Shown here: positions 44,065 through 59,470 of the stretch, piece after piece | How the letters are laid out: the number at the start of each line of letters is the position of its first letter | Numbering within the stretch: the first letter of the stretch is position 1 | Source of the DNA: Octopus sinensis | Lineage: Eukaryota | Length of the DNA stretch: 64,000 nucleotides | NCBI RefSeq assembly: GCF_006345805.1 | Contig: NC_043026.1 | Location: 9,672,001 to 9,736,000, forward strand | Direction: 5' to 3' | Translations under genes and position numbers: made by a program | The notes under the pieces: generated by a model | What the model saw: only the letters and a program-made list of their open reading frames with translations | Databases searched by the model: none | Told to the model about the DNA's origin: nothing

Positions 44065-44496
44065 CTCTATTTAAAAGCAGCAGAAAATTCTACAAAACCT
44101 GTTTCATGTTCCCGTTTGTCGGACAGTTTTTGCTAGAATAGAACCGATATGTCAATTCTATCCAGACTAGTATAAACACTACACCTTTAAAAATGGACTT
44201 GTTGATTGGTCCTTTCAAATAACGGTCAATTTCGAGCGATAAACAAAAATGAGCTCAAAAAAATATATATATATAAAATCATAAAAGTCGAGGAAAAAAA
44301 CCTTACATCGAATCTTTGGTTAAAATACATATTGTCATTAATAAAGAAAATATAATTAATACATGGAAATTGAAATTAAAATATTACACAACAGTACATA
44401 CTCATACTAAACTATACATATATACATCAACATACACAGATAGATATTACTCAGAGTAACAGGTTTTGTTGAATTTTCTGCTGTTTTTAGATAAAG
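44065..44496. mobile_element. MITE with ~40-bp TIRs
   Basis: TATTTAAAAGCAGCAGAAAATTCTACAAAACCTGTT pairs with AACAGGTTTTGTTGAATTTTCTGCTGTTTTTAGATA. Confidence 0.7.
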
Positions 44497-45039
44497 CATA
44501 TTACTCTACCCCTGGTATTTGAGTACTCTTTTTTTACCACCTTGTTTCACATTTATGTATTTACTCCGGAATATATATATATATATGATTGATTGATTGA
44601 TTCTAGTTTCAGCTTATGAGCTGTGGCCATGCTGGGGCATGTATACTTTATTGAAAAGCATCATAAACTCTGAAAAGCATCATATCAGAGTTTCACGTTC
44701 CCGTATGTTGGACAGTTTTGTTTAGAATGGAACAGAAATAAGGTTATAAGTAAATATATACAATTAGTTTAATGGATATACATTTGAAAATGGTTTTGTT
44801 TCATTGGTCCTTTCATCTAATGGTCTTTACAAAGACCGGTAGCATGCAATGAAGAAATTTCAGTATAAAATCATCGTATTATAAAATCGAAGAAAACCAT
44901 AAATCAAAAAAGCTCATAAAAAGACAGAGTCTAAATACACAGGGTAAATAAATATTTGTAAAATTTTAATCAATTTATACATTAAAAGTTATATCTGTTT
45001 AAAAATTTCATGTTGGATTATATATACATTTAGCAGCAT

Positions 45040-45652
45040 ATGCACAAACTGAAGAAGAAGCACTCCGTCGGTTATGACGATGAGGGTTCCGGTTGAACCG
45101 ATCGACGGAACAGCCTGCTCGTGAAATTAACGTGTAAGTGGTGAGCACTCCACAGACACATGTACCCTTAACGTAGTTCTCGGGGATATTCAGCATGAAA
45201 CAGAGAGTGACAAGGCCGGCCCTTTGAAATACAGGTACAACAGAAACAGGAAATAAGAGTGAGAGAAAGTTGTGGTGAAAGAGTACAGCAGGGATCACCA
45301 TCATCCCCTGCCAGAGCCTCAACAACAACAACAACAACAACAGTAATAAAAACATTATATTGAAAAACTTCAGACAAAAATCATGACACTTCATTGATAT
45401 GACTGTCCCAATCGATATATGGATGGAAGCACTCCGTCGGTTACGACGATGAATCAACGGAACAGCCGTAAGAGTGAGAGAGAGTTGTGGTGAAAGAGTA
45501 CAGCAGGGATCACCACCATCCTCTGCCAGAGCGTCGTGGAGCTTTAGGTGTTTTTCGCTTAATAAACACTCACAACGCCCGGTCTGGGAATCGAAACCAC
45601 GATCCTACGACCGCGAATCCACTGTCCTAACCACTGGGCCATTGCGCCTCCA
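45040..45652 (-). mobile_element. tRNA-derived SINE family C (related fragment at 7600-7785)
   Basis: The minus strand begins GTGGAGGCGCAATGGCCCAGTGGTTAGGACAG...GGTTTCGATTCCCAGACC (A and B boxes). Internal AAAGTTGTGGTGAAAGAGTACAGCAGGG is duplicated. Confidence 0.8.
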
Positions 45653-45985
45653 CTATGCACAAACTAAACTACCTATGAATAGTCTGTAGTGGAGCACTAA
45701 ACTATAGTTATGCCCCATGTTTTCCCTCTGTCTTCTGTTTTGTACTGAAAAATTAATAAAGAATAAATATACAGAAAATTGTGGATGTGATATTCAGTAA
45801 CGAACCGTGTGCAGGGTGGGCAGGAGGTGGTGTTCCAGAACAAAGGTCTTTACATTATGGAAAGGGCATGGAGAGAAAATTTGGAAAGATAAGAACTGAC
45901 ATTTTTGGAAAACAATTTTCAGTACCTAAAACAGAAATACTAAAAAGAAATACTAAAAAGTAGTTTACAAAAGAACCCATACAGA

Positions 45986-47830
45986 CTAACCTTTTCTTTT
46001 CTCTCCTGTATGAATAAGTTTGTGTCCAGTTAAGTGACTACTTTGAGAGAATGATTTACCACAAAACTCACAATGATATGGCTTCTCTCCTGTATGAATA
46101 CGTCTGTGTCTAGTTAAGGAACTATTTTCAGAGAATGATTTACCACAGATCTCACAGTGATAAGGCTTGTCTCTCGCATTAATACATTTGTGTCTTGGTA
46201 ACGCACTACTATCAGAGAATGATTTACCCCAGCTACCACAATGATATGGTTTCTCTCCTGTATGAATATGTATGTGTACAGTTAAGTTACTATTCTGAGA
46301 GAATGATTTACCACAGATATCACAATGATATGGCTTCTCCCGTGTATGAAAACGTACGTGTTTAGTCAAGTGACTATTGCTGGAGAATGATTTACTGCAG
46401 ATATCACAATGATATGGCTTCTCCCGTGTATGAATACATTTGTGTTTAGTGAAGACACTACTATCAGAGAATGATTTACCACAAATATCACAGTGAAATG
46501 GCTTCTCCCGTGTATGAATACGTTTATGTGTAGTTAAGCAATGACTCTGAGAGAATGATTTACCACAGACATCACAATTATATGGTTTCTCTCCTGTATG
46601 AACACGTTTGTGTCTTGGTAAAGTACTACTATCAGAGAATGATTTACCACAGATATCACAATGATATGGTTTCTCTCCTGTATGAATGCGTTTGTGTGTA
46701 GTAAGACTACTACTTATAGAGAACGATTTACCACAAATATCACAATGATATGGTTTCTCTGCTGTATGAGTACGTTTGTGTTTAGTAAGACTACTACTTA
46801 GAGAGAACGATTTACCGCAGATATCACACTGATAAGGCTTCTCTCCTGTATGAATACGTTTGTGTGCAGTTAAAGCACCACTTCCAGTGAATGATTTACC
46901 ACAGATATCACAATGATATGGTTTCTCTCCTGAATGAATACGTCTGTGTATAGAAAGATTACTACTGTTAGAGAATGATTTACCACAGATATCACAATGA
47001 TACGGCTTCTCTCCTGTATGAATACGTTTATGTTTAGTTAATTCATTACATTTGGAGAATGATTTACCACAGATATCACAATGATATGGTTTCTCTCTTG
47101 TATAAATACATTTGTGTTTTGGTAAAGTACTACTATCAGAGAATGATTTACCACAGATATCACAAGGATATGGTTTCTCTCCTGTATGAACACGTTTGTG
47201 AGTAGAAAGATTAGCACTCCAAGAGAATGATTTACCACAGATATTACAATGATACGGTTTCTCTCCTGTATGAAGGCGTTTGTGTGTAGAGAGATTACTA
47301 CTCCAAGAGAATGATTTACCACAAATATCACAATGATATTGTTTCTCTCCTGTATGAATATGTTTGTGTTTAGTTAAGTCACCATTTTGAGAGAATGATT
47401 TACCACAGATATCACAATGATATGGTTTCTCTCCTGTATGAATACGCTTGTGTATAGAAACATTACTACTCTTAGTGAAAGATTTACCACAAATATCACA
47501 AGAATATGGTTTCTCTCCTGTATGAGTATATATGTGTTTTGATAAAGCACTACTATGAGAGAATGACTTGCCACAGATAACACAATGATGTGACTTCTCT
47601 CCTGTATGAATACGTTTGTGTTTAGAAAGATTACTACTGTGAGAGAATGATTTACCACAAATATCACAATGATATAGCTTTTCTTGTCTATGAATAAGTT
47701 TGTGTTCAGTGAGGTCACTTTCTTGAGAGAAGGACCTTTTACAGACATCGCAGTCATATGAAGACTTTCTTATCCCTTTTATCATGTCTTCATGCGAAAT
47801 CAATTCTTCTACTTTCTCACTCTTTTCCAT
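45986..47830 (-). CDS. C2H2 zinc-finger protein, ~614 aa, 21 fingers (2 degenerate) (unit 7)
   Basis: Uninterrupted ORF. The conserved [12 protein letters not shown] start at 47830 is preferred over the GTG-initiated track start. It ends in GEKRKG. Confidence 0.93.
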   Translation of the reverse strand: MEKSEKVEELISHEDMIKGIRKSSYDCDVCKRSFSQESDLTEHKLIHRQEKLYHCDICGKSFSHSSNLSKHKRIHTGEKSHHCVICGKSFSHSSALSKHIYTHTGEKPYSCDICGKSFTKSSNVSIHKRIHTGEKPYHCDICGKSFSQNGDLTKHKHIHTGEKQYHCDICGKSFSWSSNLSTHKRLHTGEKPYHCNICGKSFSWSANLSTHKRVHTGEKPYPCDICGKSFSDSSTLPKHKCIYTREKPYHCDICGKSFSKCNELTKHKRIHTGEKPYHCDICGKSFSNSSNLSIHRRIHSGEKPYHCDICGKSFTGSGALTAHKRIHTGEKPYQCDICGKSFSLSSSLTKHKRTHTAEKPYHCDICGKSFSISSSLTTHKRIHTGEKPYHCDICGKSFSDSSTLPRHKRVHTGEKPYNCDVCGKSFSQSHCLTTHKRIHTREKPFHCDICGKSFSDSSVFTKHKCIHTREKPYHCDICSKSFSSNSHLTKHVRFHTREKPYHCDICGKSFSQNSNLTVHIHIHTGEKPYHCGSWGKSFSDSSALPRHKCINARDKPYHCEICGKSFSENSSLTRHRRIHTGEKPYHCEFCGKSFSQSSHLTGHKLIHTGEKRKG

Positions 47831-48038
47831 TATTTTCCTCCTCAAATCACAATGTATATATATATTGTTCTTGTTTTCCTTCTTATAGTTCACTCTTTAC
47901 AAAGAATTTGCTTAGTACATCAATTCCTATCAGTCTTAAAAGATGATAAATATTGAGGATGAATCTTCAGTTGTCCCAATGTCATATGATATTCTGAAAT
48001 AATAAAGAAACATCATTGTAAAATATGGAAGCTACTTA

Positions 48039-50940
48039 ATCATCATCATCATCATCATCATCATTTAGCGTCCGTTTTCCATGCTAGCATGGGTTGGACG
48101 GTTCAACTGGGTTCTGTGAAGCCAGAAGGCTGCATCAGGCCCAGTCTGATCTGGCAGTGTTTCTACGGTTGGATGCCCTTCCTAACGCCAACCACTCAGC
48201 GAGTGTAGTGGGTGCTGGCAAACGGCCACGAACGGATGGTGCTTTTACGTGCCACCGGCACGGGGGCCAGGTGAGGCTGGCAACGGACACGAACGGATGG
48301 TGCTTTTACGTGCCACTGGCACGGAGGCCAGTTAGGTTGGTGCTGGCAACGGCCACGAACGGATGGTGCTATTTACGTGCCACCGGCACGGGGGCCAGGT
48401 GAGGCTGGCAACAGCCACGTACGGATGGTGCTTTTTACATGTCACCGGCACTGGCAACAGCCACGATCGGATGGTTCGCTTACTTGTCACCGGCACTGGT
48501 ATCACAGCCGCAATTTCTATTGATGTTGATCGACTTCGATTTTGGTTCTGCTTTCTGATATCTGATTTGATATGGTTTGATTTGATTTTGATTTTTGATT
48601 TTCGATTTTCACTTGTCTCAACGGGTCTTCACAAGTGGAGTTTTGTGTCCCAAGAAGGAAAGGTATGTATAAGTTGACTGGCTACATACCAGGTAGAGGC
48701 CACGGGTTATGGTCTCACTAGTCTTGCCGGGTCTTCTCACACACAGCATACTTCCATAGGTCTCGGTCTCTAGTCATTTCCTTGGTGAGACCTAAAGTGC
48801 GAAGGTCATGCTTCACCACCTTGTCCCAGGTTTTCCTGGGTCTACCTCTTCCACAGGTTCCCTCAACTGCTAGGGTGTGGCACTTTTGCACACAACTATC
48901 TTCAGCCATTCTCGTCACATGACCATACCAGCGCAAACGTCTCTCTTCCACACCACAACTGATGCTTCTTAGGTCCAACTTTTCTCTCAAAGAACTTACA
49001 CTCTGTCGATTATGAACACTGACATTACACATCCATCGGAACATACTGGCTTCATTTCTTGCGAGCTTACGCATATCCTCAGCAGTCACGGCCCATGTTT
49101 CACTACCATGTAGCATGGCTGTACGTACACATGCATCATACAGTCTGCCTTTTACTCTGAGCGAGAGGCCTTTTGTCACCAGCAGGGGTAAGAGCTCTCT
49201 AAACTTTGCCCAGGCTATTCTTACTCTAGCAGTTACACTTTCAGCACACCCACCCCTGCTACTGACTTGGTCACCTAGGTAGCGGAAGCTATCAACTTCT
49301 TCTAGTTTGTCTCCCTGGAACGTGGTGGAAGTTGGTCTCTGCACATTTCCAGTGTTTATTGCTCCTGAGCATCTGCCACAGACAAAAACTATTTTCCTAG
49401 TTAGCCTTCCTTTGACATTGCTGCACCTCTTATGTGTCCATAGCTTACACTTGGTGCACCTTATAAAGTTTCTACCTACACCTTTTTTACAGATCGAGCA
49501 GGGCCATCTACCTGAAGTCGTTTGTGATTGGTTTACCTTCCTACTTATTAAGACTTTGGTTTTGGCTAGATTGATTCTATGGCCCTTCGATTCTAATCCT
49601 TGCTTCCACACCTGAAACTTCTCCAGTTCTGATAGTGACTCAGCAATTAGAGCAAGGTCATCAGCATAGAGGAGCATCCTGTCTTGAATTCCTCCGTTAT
49701 TGCCTGGAGGACTATGATAAATAGGAGGGGACTGAGGACTGAACCTTGGTAGACCCCAACCTCTACCCGGAATTCTTCACTGTACTCGTTGCCAACCCTC
49801 ACCTTACTAGCAGTGTCTCTGTACATGGCTCGCACAGCTCTCACTAACCATTCATCTATCCCTAGTTTCCTCATTGACCACCAGATAAGGGATCGGGGGA
49901 CTCTGTCGAAGGCTTTCTCCATGTCAACAAAAGCCAGGTACAGGGGCTTATCTTTGGCTAGGTATTTCTCCTGCAGCTGTCTTACCAGGAATATAGCATC
50001 AGTAGTACTTTTCCCTGGCACGAACCCAAACTGCATCTGATCTAAGCTAACTCTCTCTAATTAGTTGGGCTATAACCCTCTCCGTAACCTTCATTACCTA
50101 ATCCAGCAGCTTGATACCCCTGTAGTTATTTGTATCTAGGGCGTCACCTTTACCTTTGTAGCAGTTGACTATTATGCTGCTACACCAGTCATTGGGTATG
50201 ACTCCTTCATGTATCACCTGGTTAACTATACGGGTGACTAGGCTATAGCCGACACTACCAGATATTTTGAGCATCTCTGCAGTAATTCCTGATGGGCCTG
50301 GGGCTTTCCCTGTTTTCATGCTTGTAATTGCCTTAACTACTAAGGAACTGTCAACTCGGATTGCTGGTCCCTCTGTTGGGTCGACATTCGGCAGACTCTC
50401 TTTATCCCATTCATTTTCCTCATTCAGCAACCTTTCATAGTGGCGTCTCCAAACTTCTCTCTTTGTATCCTCATTTAGCGCAAGTAACCGCCATCCATGC
50501 GAACACATTTTTCTCCTACCACGTCACGATTCTCTCTCACACACTGTCTTGCAACACGAAATACCTCAAGTCTTTCATCCTGATGGTGCAGAACATTGGC
50601 AAATTTTTTCTTATCTGCTTCCCCTCTGGCTAAATACACCTGCCTCCTAGCTTCCCTTCTGGCAGTCTGATACACTTCCCTGCTACCACCGTTCTTCCAG
50701 TCCTTCCAAGCCTGTTTCTTTTGTCTAATAGCCCTGTCAACAATATTGTTCCACCACCACGTTATTTTGGGTCTTGAGGGGACTTTGCACCAGCCACAGA
50801 TCCGGTCAGTGGCTTTCAGCAGGTTGTCCCTCAGAAGCGTCCAGTTGTCTTCTACCCCATGTGTAGCTATACCCCCTTCTATTTCGTCAAAGGCTTCAAG
50901 TAACATGTCTCTAAATCTCTGTCCATTCGCAGGGTCTTTA
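48039..50940 (-). mobile_element. 5'-truncated, frameshifted RTE LINE (~2.9 kb) inside the short intron of unit 7
   Basis: QFGFVPGKSTTDAIF, AFVDMEKAFDRVP, QGSVLSPLLF and YADD motifs; (GAT)n tail. The flanks GCTACTTAA|...|TTAAAAAAATAC match the empty site in unit 8. Confidence 0.95.
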
Positions 50941-51497
50941 AAAAAATACAAATTCAAAAGTGGAAAATTTACATTTCTACAGAAATAAAAATTTACCTGA
51001 ACAACTGAACTTATAATTTGACATTGTTGTTTAACCCTGAGGCGTCTCTAACTGAGCAGAAATACAATTAAAGACATTCCATCCTGTTGTTCTCTCTAGT
51101 ACTGCATATCTAGAACTACATCCAATACAGTCTTCAATATTCATAAATGTAAGAGAAATGCGGTGTTATTTCTAGTAGGTCATGTGACTACATAGACAGA
51201 ACTAAGAAGTAAATTGTTTTTAAAAATCCTACAATTCAGAATATAAATCATCTCCCTCGCTCTCTCTTTCAATATTGTTTCTTTTACTTTTCTCATTGAA
51301 TCCACTATTTCTTGACTTTGTCTCCAGTTGCTTTCTCAATAAATATTTCTCCTTTGCAGCCATTACTACCTCTGCAACGATAATGCCGAAAAATTGACAG
51401 AAACAAAAAGAATATTATAAGATAATATCTTGTTTTGAATTTTTTATCTTTTTTTTTTTTAAGCTTTTGCTGTTAAATAGTTAAATACACTTAAAGG

Positions 51498-51919
51498 GGC
51501 GATCTTTCGTCTCTAGTAGACCTTTCCGTCGATTTCCGTAAAAAAAATATTTTTTTTTTACATATGGGCTTGCGGGAACTTTTGAAGTAATATACATACA
51601 TATACACATACACCGAGTAAAAAATTTCAGTTATCTCTTTCTTTCACACATTACTCTGTCTCTTCACACACACTAACAGAAGCACTTCACTTACACAACA
51701 TACTGTCTGTCTCCCACACCCCATCAAACACACACACACACATGTACATCAATGCTTCCCCTGGACGGTAACTTCAAAAGAACTTCCCTCGTCATACAAT
51801 CGCTTTCTCTTAGTCTCTTTTGCTCTCATTACTTCAAAAGTTCCCGGAAGCCCATATATAAAAAAAAAATTTTTTTTACGGAAATCGACGGAAAGGTCTA
51901 CTAGAGACGAAAGATCGCC
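51498..51919. mobile_element. MITE with ~95-bp TIRs and 8-bp TSD (Merlin-like or hAT-like)
   Basis: GGCGATCTTTCGTCTCTAGTAGACC...GGTCTACTAGAGACGAAAGATCGCC; TSD CTTAAAGG at 51490-51497 and 51920-51927. Confidence 0.9.
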
Positions 51920-52039
51920 CTTAAAGGAATTTACGACTCTGAAAAAATATTTTGTTTCTGAAAACTGCAAAACTTGGCTCAGAGGTGGCTGTGTGGTAAG
52001 AAGCTTTCTTCCCAACAAGATGGAGTTAAACTAAAACGT

Positions 52040-52400
52040 TAAACTCGGTCAAAAAAACAAACAAAAATGTGTAATAGGTGTAAAACAACTTCCTCTAAAC
52101 GAATATGTAAAAATAAAAATGCGCGCACGCGAAAGTGGAGAGGCCTCGGAAAATTCACATCGGGAATTTCCGAAAGCGTTTAGAGCAAGTTGTTTTACAC
52201 ATATTACACTATTTTTTTTTTGTTTGTTTTGGTGCACGGGTCAGCCCCTCAGACGCTTTTGGAAATTCCCGATGTGAATTTTCCGAGGTCTCTCTCCCAC
52301 TCCCCTTTCGCGTGCGCGCAGTTTTTTCTTATATTCGTTTAGAGGAAGTTGTTTTACACCTATTACACATTTTTTTTTTTGTTTTTTTGACCGGGTTTAA
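52040..52400. mobile_element. Foldback MITE with ~130-bp TIRs and TTAA-like ends
   Basis: CGTTAAACTCGGTCAAAAAAAC...GGAAAATTCACATCGGGAATTTCC pairs with GGAAATTCCCGATGTGAATTTTCC...GTTTTTTGACCGGGTTTAACG. Confidence 0.85.
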
Positions 52401-52534
52401 CGCTCGATGGTTCCAAGTTCTGTCCCACAGCATATCACTTCGAACAAGTTATGAGAAAACAAATTACCAGTGGCTTCAGCACACATCTGTCGACGTAACC
52501 AATCGTCTACAGAATTAAAGATTTTCATTGTGGA

Positions 52535-52735
52535 ATACTTACGGAAATGTTTCATAAAGTATAGAGTGATTATAAAGTGTGTGTATAACATATATTAAAT
52601 GTACTTTCAGTGTGTGTGTTAAGTATAGAAACGCATCAAAGCTGTTTGTAAAAGTTAATTAAAATAAATTCAAGCAAAAATAAACAAACTTCTTTCAATG
52701 CCAATGCGGAACTATAATTACGGCGCATGCGCGTA
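52535..52735 (-). promoter_or_regulatory. Promoter / exon-1 block of ZNF unit 7
   Basis: Donor ACTTAC at 52537-52542; GCGGAACTATAATTACGGCGCATGCGC at ~52706-52732. Confidence 0.68.
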
Positions 52736-53189
52736 TTTTTAGATGAAACACATGGGAGCTAACTCATGTCCGTACTTTTGAGCTTAATGCCACCCCTCGT
52801 CTATTTGTCAATGTATGAAACATTTTCTTGAACTAGTTTTAAATATCTTACGTGAAGGTAATTCTAAGTAGAAACGCTGATTATAATCCTCTTGACATTC
52901 CTGGTGCCAAATTCCACATGTTCCAAGCGAGCTTATAAGATTCCTTGTCTGTCGAACAATAAATACTTCACATAAGAGATGCTTTTTGATGAGGCTTTTA
53001 GGAAACGAACATTTTACCCTTCAGAGACTGTAAATATAAAAACGTTGGTGTGTATATATATATATATAAATTGAGATAGGGGTTGTAAATGCAACCCCCC
53101 ATGGGATAACATATATCCAATATACTGCTAGTGTGGTGGTTTAATAAAGTATGTGATGAGTATTATCTGGTAATTGATATTTGATTTAG

Positions 53190-54150
<961 letters not shown>

Positions 54151-54448
54151 ATGCCAGATTTGACTGGGCCTGATGAAGCCTTCTGGCTTCACAGACCCCA
54201 GTAGAACCGTCCAACCCATGCTAGCATGGAAAACGGACGCTAAACGATGATGATGATGATGATATATATATACATATATAGGTGCAGGAGTGGCTGTGTG
54301 GTGGTAAGTAGCTTGCTTACCAACCACATGGTTCTGGGTTCAGTCCCACTGCGTGGCATCTTGGGCAAGTGTCTTCTTCTATAGCCTCGGGCCAACCAAA
54401 GCCTTGTGAGTGGATTTGGTAGACGGAAACTGAAAGAAGCCCGTCGTA

Positions 54449-54489
<41 letters not shown>

Positions 54490-55328
54490 GTGCGTGTATG
54501 TTTCTGTGTCTGTGTTTGTGTCCCCATTACTTAGCGGTTCGGCAAAAGAGACCGATAGAATAAGTACTGGTCTTACAAAAGAATAAGTCCCGAGGTCGAG
54601 TTGCTTGACTAAAGGCGGTGCTCCAGCATGGCCACAGTCAAATGACTGAAACAAGTAAAAGAGTATATATATACATATATATATATATATATGCATGTAT
54701 GTATGTGTGTGTGTAGTCATATGAAATTATCAAATGAAACTTCCAAGTTTTATCTATATATACATATATGTATCAATAATACAGTGATTGTTTCTTATCA
54801 GGAACAAAATGTTTAATAGGACTGCTATAGAAGTGCTCAACTGAATGAGACAAATATATCAAACTATAGTTGCAGAACAAACAAATACAGGGTCATCCAC
54901 GTAACATTTCATATCTCGAACATTTAATCATAGAATATACATGTATAACATCACGGAAGATGAAACATAACTCATCTGTACAAGCATATAAGAAAGTGCG
55001 AGAAAAATGTGTGAATACAGTTCATCATGGTTAAAAGTTAATACTTTAGCGATTAAGAAATATATATTTTTTAAAAAAACATTACAACACCTAGAATAAT
55101 AAATACATACATATATAGGCGCAGGAGTGGCTGTGTGGTAAGTAGCTTGCTAAACAACCACATGGTTCCAGGTTCAGTCCCACTGCGTGGCATCTTGGGC
55201 AAGTGTCTTCTGCTATAGCCCCGGGCCGACCAATGCCTTGTGAGTGGATTTGGTAGACGGAAACTGAAAGAAGCCTGTCGTATATATGTATATATATATG
55301 TATATATATATATGTATATATATATATG

Positions 55329-55422
<94 letters not shown>

Positions 55423-55425
55423 TTA

Positions 55426-55457
<32 letters not shown>

Positions 55458-55508
55458 GTATATATATGTATATGTATATATGTATATATAGTATATAATA
55501 TATATATA

Positions 55509-55540
<32 letters not shown>

Positions 55541-56294
55541 GTTGTGTGTCTGTGTTTGTCCCTCTAGTATTGGTTGACAACCGATGCTGTGTGTTTACGT
55601 CCCTGTCACTTAGCGGTTCGGCAAAAGAGACCGATAGAATAAGTACTGGGCTTACAAAGAATAAGTCCCAGGGTCGAGTTGCTCGACTAAAGGCGGTGCT
55701 CCAGCATGGTCACAGTCATGTGACTGAAACAAGTAAAAAGAAAAAGAAAAAGAATATACATACACACACACATATATATAAAACAGTACTTGATTGTTTT
55801 CGTCGTTGTTTACTTTGTACGTCCACTCTGTTGCCATTTCTTTGTTTAAGCCCTAATGACCCACAAATTTTATAGTTATAAAATTTCTAGATACTGCTGC
55901 CTTATGAAGTGTTCCTATCCTATCATTAAAAGCACAAAATATGGAGTAATAAATAGTCCGACAACTGGTGAGCGAGTTATCTTCTTTTTACATTTTGTCT
56001 TGTATCTATCTCTCGTGTGTTTACGTATTTTTCACTTGTTGCTGGTGTCCTGTACTTACTGTGTATTTTTTATCTATTTATAATTGAAGACCACACAGCC
56101 TAAGTCCTTACGTTCATATAAGGAACAGAGGCCCCTACATCATGGGAAAGAAAAATAACATGAAAGTTGGTGAAGGGATAGGGAGAAAATTTGGAAAGAA
56201 AGATAAAAACTGAAATTTTTGGAAAAGCATTATTTTTAAAGTCATAATTTTCATTACATAAAGGAAAAGTAGTTTACAAAAGAACCCACACAAA

Positions 56295-57548
56295 CTACCC
56301 TTTTTTTTTCTCTCCTGTATGAATAAGTTTGTGTCCAGTTAAATTACTATTTCGAGAGAATGATTTACCACAAAGATCACAATGATAAGGCTTCTCTCCT
56401 GTATGAATACGTTTGTGTTTAGTTAAATCACCATTTCGAGAGAATGATTTACCACAGATATCACAATGATATGGCTTCTCTCCTGTATGAATACGTTTGT
56501 GTCTATGTAAAGTACTACTTTCAGAGAATGATTTACCACAGATATCACAATGATATGGCTTCTCTCCTGTATGACTACGTTTGTGTTTAGTTAAATCACC
56601 ATTTCGAGAGAATGATTTACCACAGATATCACAATGATATGGCTTCTCTCCTGTATGAATACGTTTGTGTCTATGTAAAGTACTACTTTCAGAGAATGAT
56701 TTACCACAGATATCACAATGATATGGCTTCTCTCCTGTATGAATACGTTTGTGTGTAGAAATATTACTGCTACCAGAGAATGATTTACCACAAATATCAC
56801 AATAAAATGGCTTCTCACCAGTATGAATACGTTTGTGAGTAGAAAAAATACTATTATGAGAGAATGATTTACCACAGATATCACACTGATACGGCTTCTT
56901 TCCCGTATGAATATGTTTATGTTTAGTTAAGTCATTACATTTGGAGAATGATTTACCACAGATATCACAATGATATGGCTTCTGTCCTGTATGAATATAT
57001 TTGTGTGTAAAAAGATTACTACTATGAGAGAATGATTTACCACAGATATCACAACAATATGGTTTCTCTCCCGTATGAATACGTTTGTGTGTAGAAAGAT
57101 TATTACTCTGAGAGAATGATTTACCACAAATATCACAATGATATGGTTTCTCTCCTGAATGAATACGTCTATGATTAGTTAAGTTAACACTTTGAGAGAA
57201 TGATTTACCACAAATATCACAGTGATACGGCTCCTCTCCGGTATGAGTAAGTCTGTGTACAATTACATGACTATTTTGAGAGAATGATTTACCACAGATA
57301 TCACAATGATATGGCTTCTCCCGTGTATGAAAACGTGTATGTTTAGTTAAGTAGCTATTGCAGGAGAATGATTTGCCACAGATATCACAGTGACACAGCT
57401 TCTTTCTTCTATGAATACGTTTGTGTTCAGTGAGGTCACTTTTCTGAGAGAAGGACATTTTACAGGTATCACAGTCATATAACATCTTCCCTGTCTCTTT
57501 AATGTTTTCACAGGAAATGAACTCTTCAACCTTTTCACTCTTTTCCAT
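56295..57548 (-). CDS. C2H2 zinc-finger protein, ~417 aa, 14 fingers (unit 8)
   Basis: Uninterrupted ORF from [12 protein letters not shown] to GEKKKG. The two-finger block [18 protein letters not shown] is duplicated. Confidence 0.93.
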   Translation of the reverse strand: MEKSEKVEEFISCENIKETGKMLYDCDTCKMSFSQKSDLTEHKRIHRRKKLCHCDICGKSFSCNSYLTKHTRFHTREKPYHCDICGKSFSQNSHVIVHRLTHTGEEPYHCDICGKSFSQSVNLTNHRRIHSGEKPYHCDICGKSFSQSNNLSTHKRIHTGEKPYCCDICGKSFSHSSNLFTHKYIHTGQKPYHCDICGKSFSKCNDLTKHKHIHTGKKPYQCDICGKSFSHNSIFSTHKRIHTGEKPFYCDICGKSFSGSSNISTHKRIHTGEKPYHCDICGKSFSESSTLHRHKRIHTGEKPYHCDICGKSFSRNGDLTKHKRSHTGEKPYHCDICGKSFSESSTLHRHKRIHTGEKPYHCDICGKSFSRNGDLTKHKRIHTGEKPYHCDLCGKSFSRNSNLTGHKLIHTGEKKKG

Positions 57549-58399
57549 TATTTTTCTCTTCAAATCACAATGTGTATATATTGTTCTTGTTTTCCTTCTT
57601 ATAGTTCACTCTTTACAAAGAATCTGCTTTGTACATCAATTCCTTTCAGTCTCCAAAGATGATAAATTTTGAGGATGAATCTTCAGTTATCCCAATGTCA
57701 TCTGATATTCTGAAATAATAAAGAAAAATCATCGCAAAATATGGAGGCTACTTAAAAAAATACAAATTCAAAAGTGGAAAATTTACATTTCTACAGAAAT
57801 AAAAATTTACCTGAACAACTGAACTTATAATTTGACATTGTTGTTTAACCCTGAGGCATCTCTAACTGAGCAGAAATACAATTAAAGACATTCCATCCTG
57901 TCCTTCTCTCTAGTACTGCATATCTAGAACTACATCCAATACAGTCTTCAATATTCATAAATGAAAGGTGAAATGTAAGAGAAATGTGGTGTTATTTCTA
58001 GTAGGTCATGTGACTACATAGACAGAACTAAGAATAAGCTACTTAAATATTTACATTTCTACAGAAATAAACATTGACCTCATCAACTAAACTTATAATC
58101 TGACATTGTTGTTTAGCACTAAGGCATCTATGTAACTGAGCAGAAACATGATTAAAGACATTCCATTCAGCCTGTCTCTCTAGCATGGTATATCTAGGAC
58201 ATCATCATCCAAAACAGTCTTCAATATATATCCATTTTCCTGAAAGTTATGAGGGAAAAATCGGATCTTATGAATTTTCAGAAAGTCCTCTCTCCTGCCA
58301 CAGTATTCGCTAGTAGTATCCGCATAAATCATAGACCTGCTTTTCCTAGTGCTAGAAATAGCAGCAAAATCTCTCCCAATTTATAAACATCTATTTCTT

Positions 58400-58827
58400 G
58401 GCGATCTTTCGTCTCAAGTAGACCTTTCCGTCGATTTCCGTAAAAAAAGAAATTTTTTTTTTACATATGGGCTTGCGGGAACTTTTGAAGTAATATATAT
58501 ACATATACACATACACCGAGTAAAAAATTTCAGTTATCTCTTTCTTTCACACATTACTCTCTCTTCACACACACTAACAGAAGCACTTCACTTACACAAC
58601 ATACTGTCTGTCTCCCACACCCCATCAAACACACACACACACACACACACACATGTACATCAATGCTTGCCATGCATGGTAACTTCAAAAGAACTTCCCT
58701 CGGCATACAATCGCTTTCTCTTAGTCTCTTCGCTCTCATTACTTCAAAAGTTCCCGCAAGCCCATATGTAAAAAAAAAAAATTTTACGGAAATCGACGGA
58801 AAGGTCTACTAGAGACGAAAGATTGCC
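58400..58827. mobile_element. MITE (GGCGATC family) with 8-bp TSD
   Basis: TSD TATTTCTT at 58392-58399 and 58828-58835. Confidence 0.9.
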
Positions 58828-59164
58828 TATTTCTTTACAACCCACAAGGGGCTAAACACAGAGGAGACTAACAAGGACAGACAAACGGATTAAGTCGATT
58901 ACATCGACCCCCAGTGCGTAACTGGTACTTAATTTATCGACCCCGAAAGGATGAAAGGCAAAGTCGACCTCGGCGGAATTTGAACTCAGAACGTAACGGC
59001 AGACGAAATACGGCTACGCATTTCGCCCGGCGTGCTAACGTTTCTGCCAGCTCGCCGCCTTTATAAACATCGCTCATACATAAAAGATGAAGGAGCCAAA
59101 AAAAATGAACAAGTCACAACCAGAATGTCTACGGAATTAAAAGATTAAATATTCTGATTGTGTA

Positions 59165-59340
59165 ATACTTACGGAAATGCCTCATAAAGGAAAGAGTTGT
59201 TATAAAGCGTGTTTATAATAAGTATTAAACGTACTTTAATTGAGTGAGTGAAGTTTAGAAACTATCAAAAGTGTTCGTAGAAGTTGAGACAAATTTCTTT
59301 TAAAAACGAAAACGGAACTAAAATTACGACGCATGCGTAT
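59165..59340 (-). promoter_or_regulatory. Promoter / exon-1 block of ZNF unit 8
   Basis: Donor ACTTAC at 59167-59172; ACGGAACTAAAATTACGACGCATGCGT at ~59312-59338. Confidence 0.65.
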
Positions 59341-59470
59341 ATAGTGTATGAAACTCATGGGAGCTAACTCTTGCCCGTACTTTTCAGTCTAAGGCCATTC
59401 CTGGTCTATCTGTTTATGCAACAAAAAAGTTTCTTGAAATAGTTTTAGATGTTTTATGTGAAGGTAATTC

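Noticed and set aside
45560-45652. tRNA-like sequences (also the heads of SINE families A and B)
   Set aside because: They have A/B boxes but no complete cloverleaf and continue into SINE bodies, so they are not tRNA genes.
51490-51927. TTAA-target (piggyBac/Kolobok) interpretation of the GGCGATC MITE
   Set aside because: The TTAA is part of an 8-bp TSD (CTTAAAGG), and another copy has TSD TATTTCTT.
53055-53131. Tiny Helitron-like end (hairpin GGGGTTG/CAACCCC then CTGCTAGT)
   Set aside because: No clear TC 5' end and too short to support a call.
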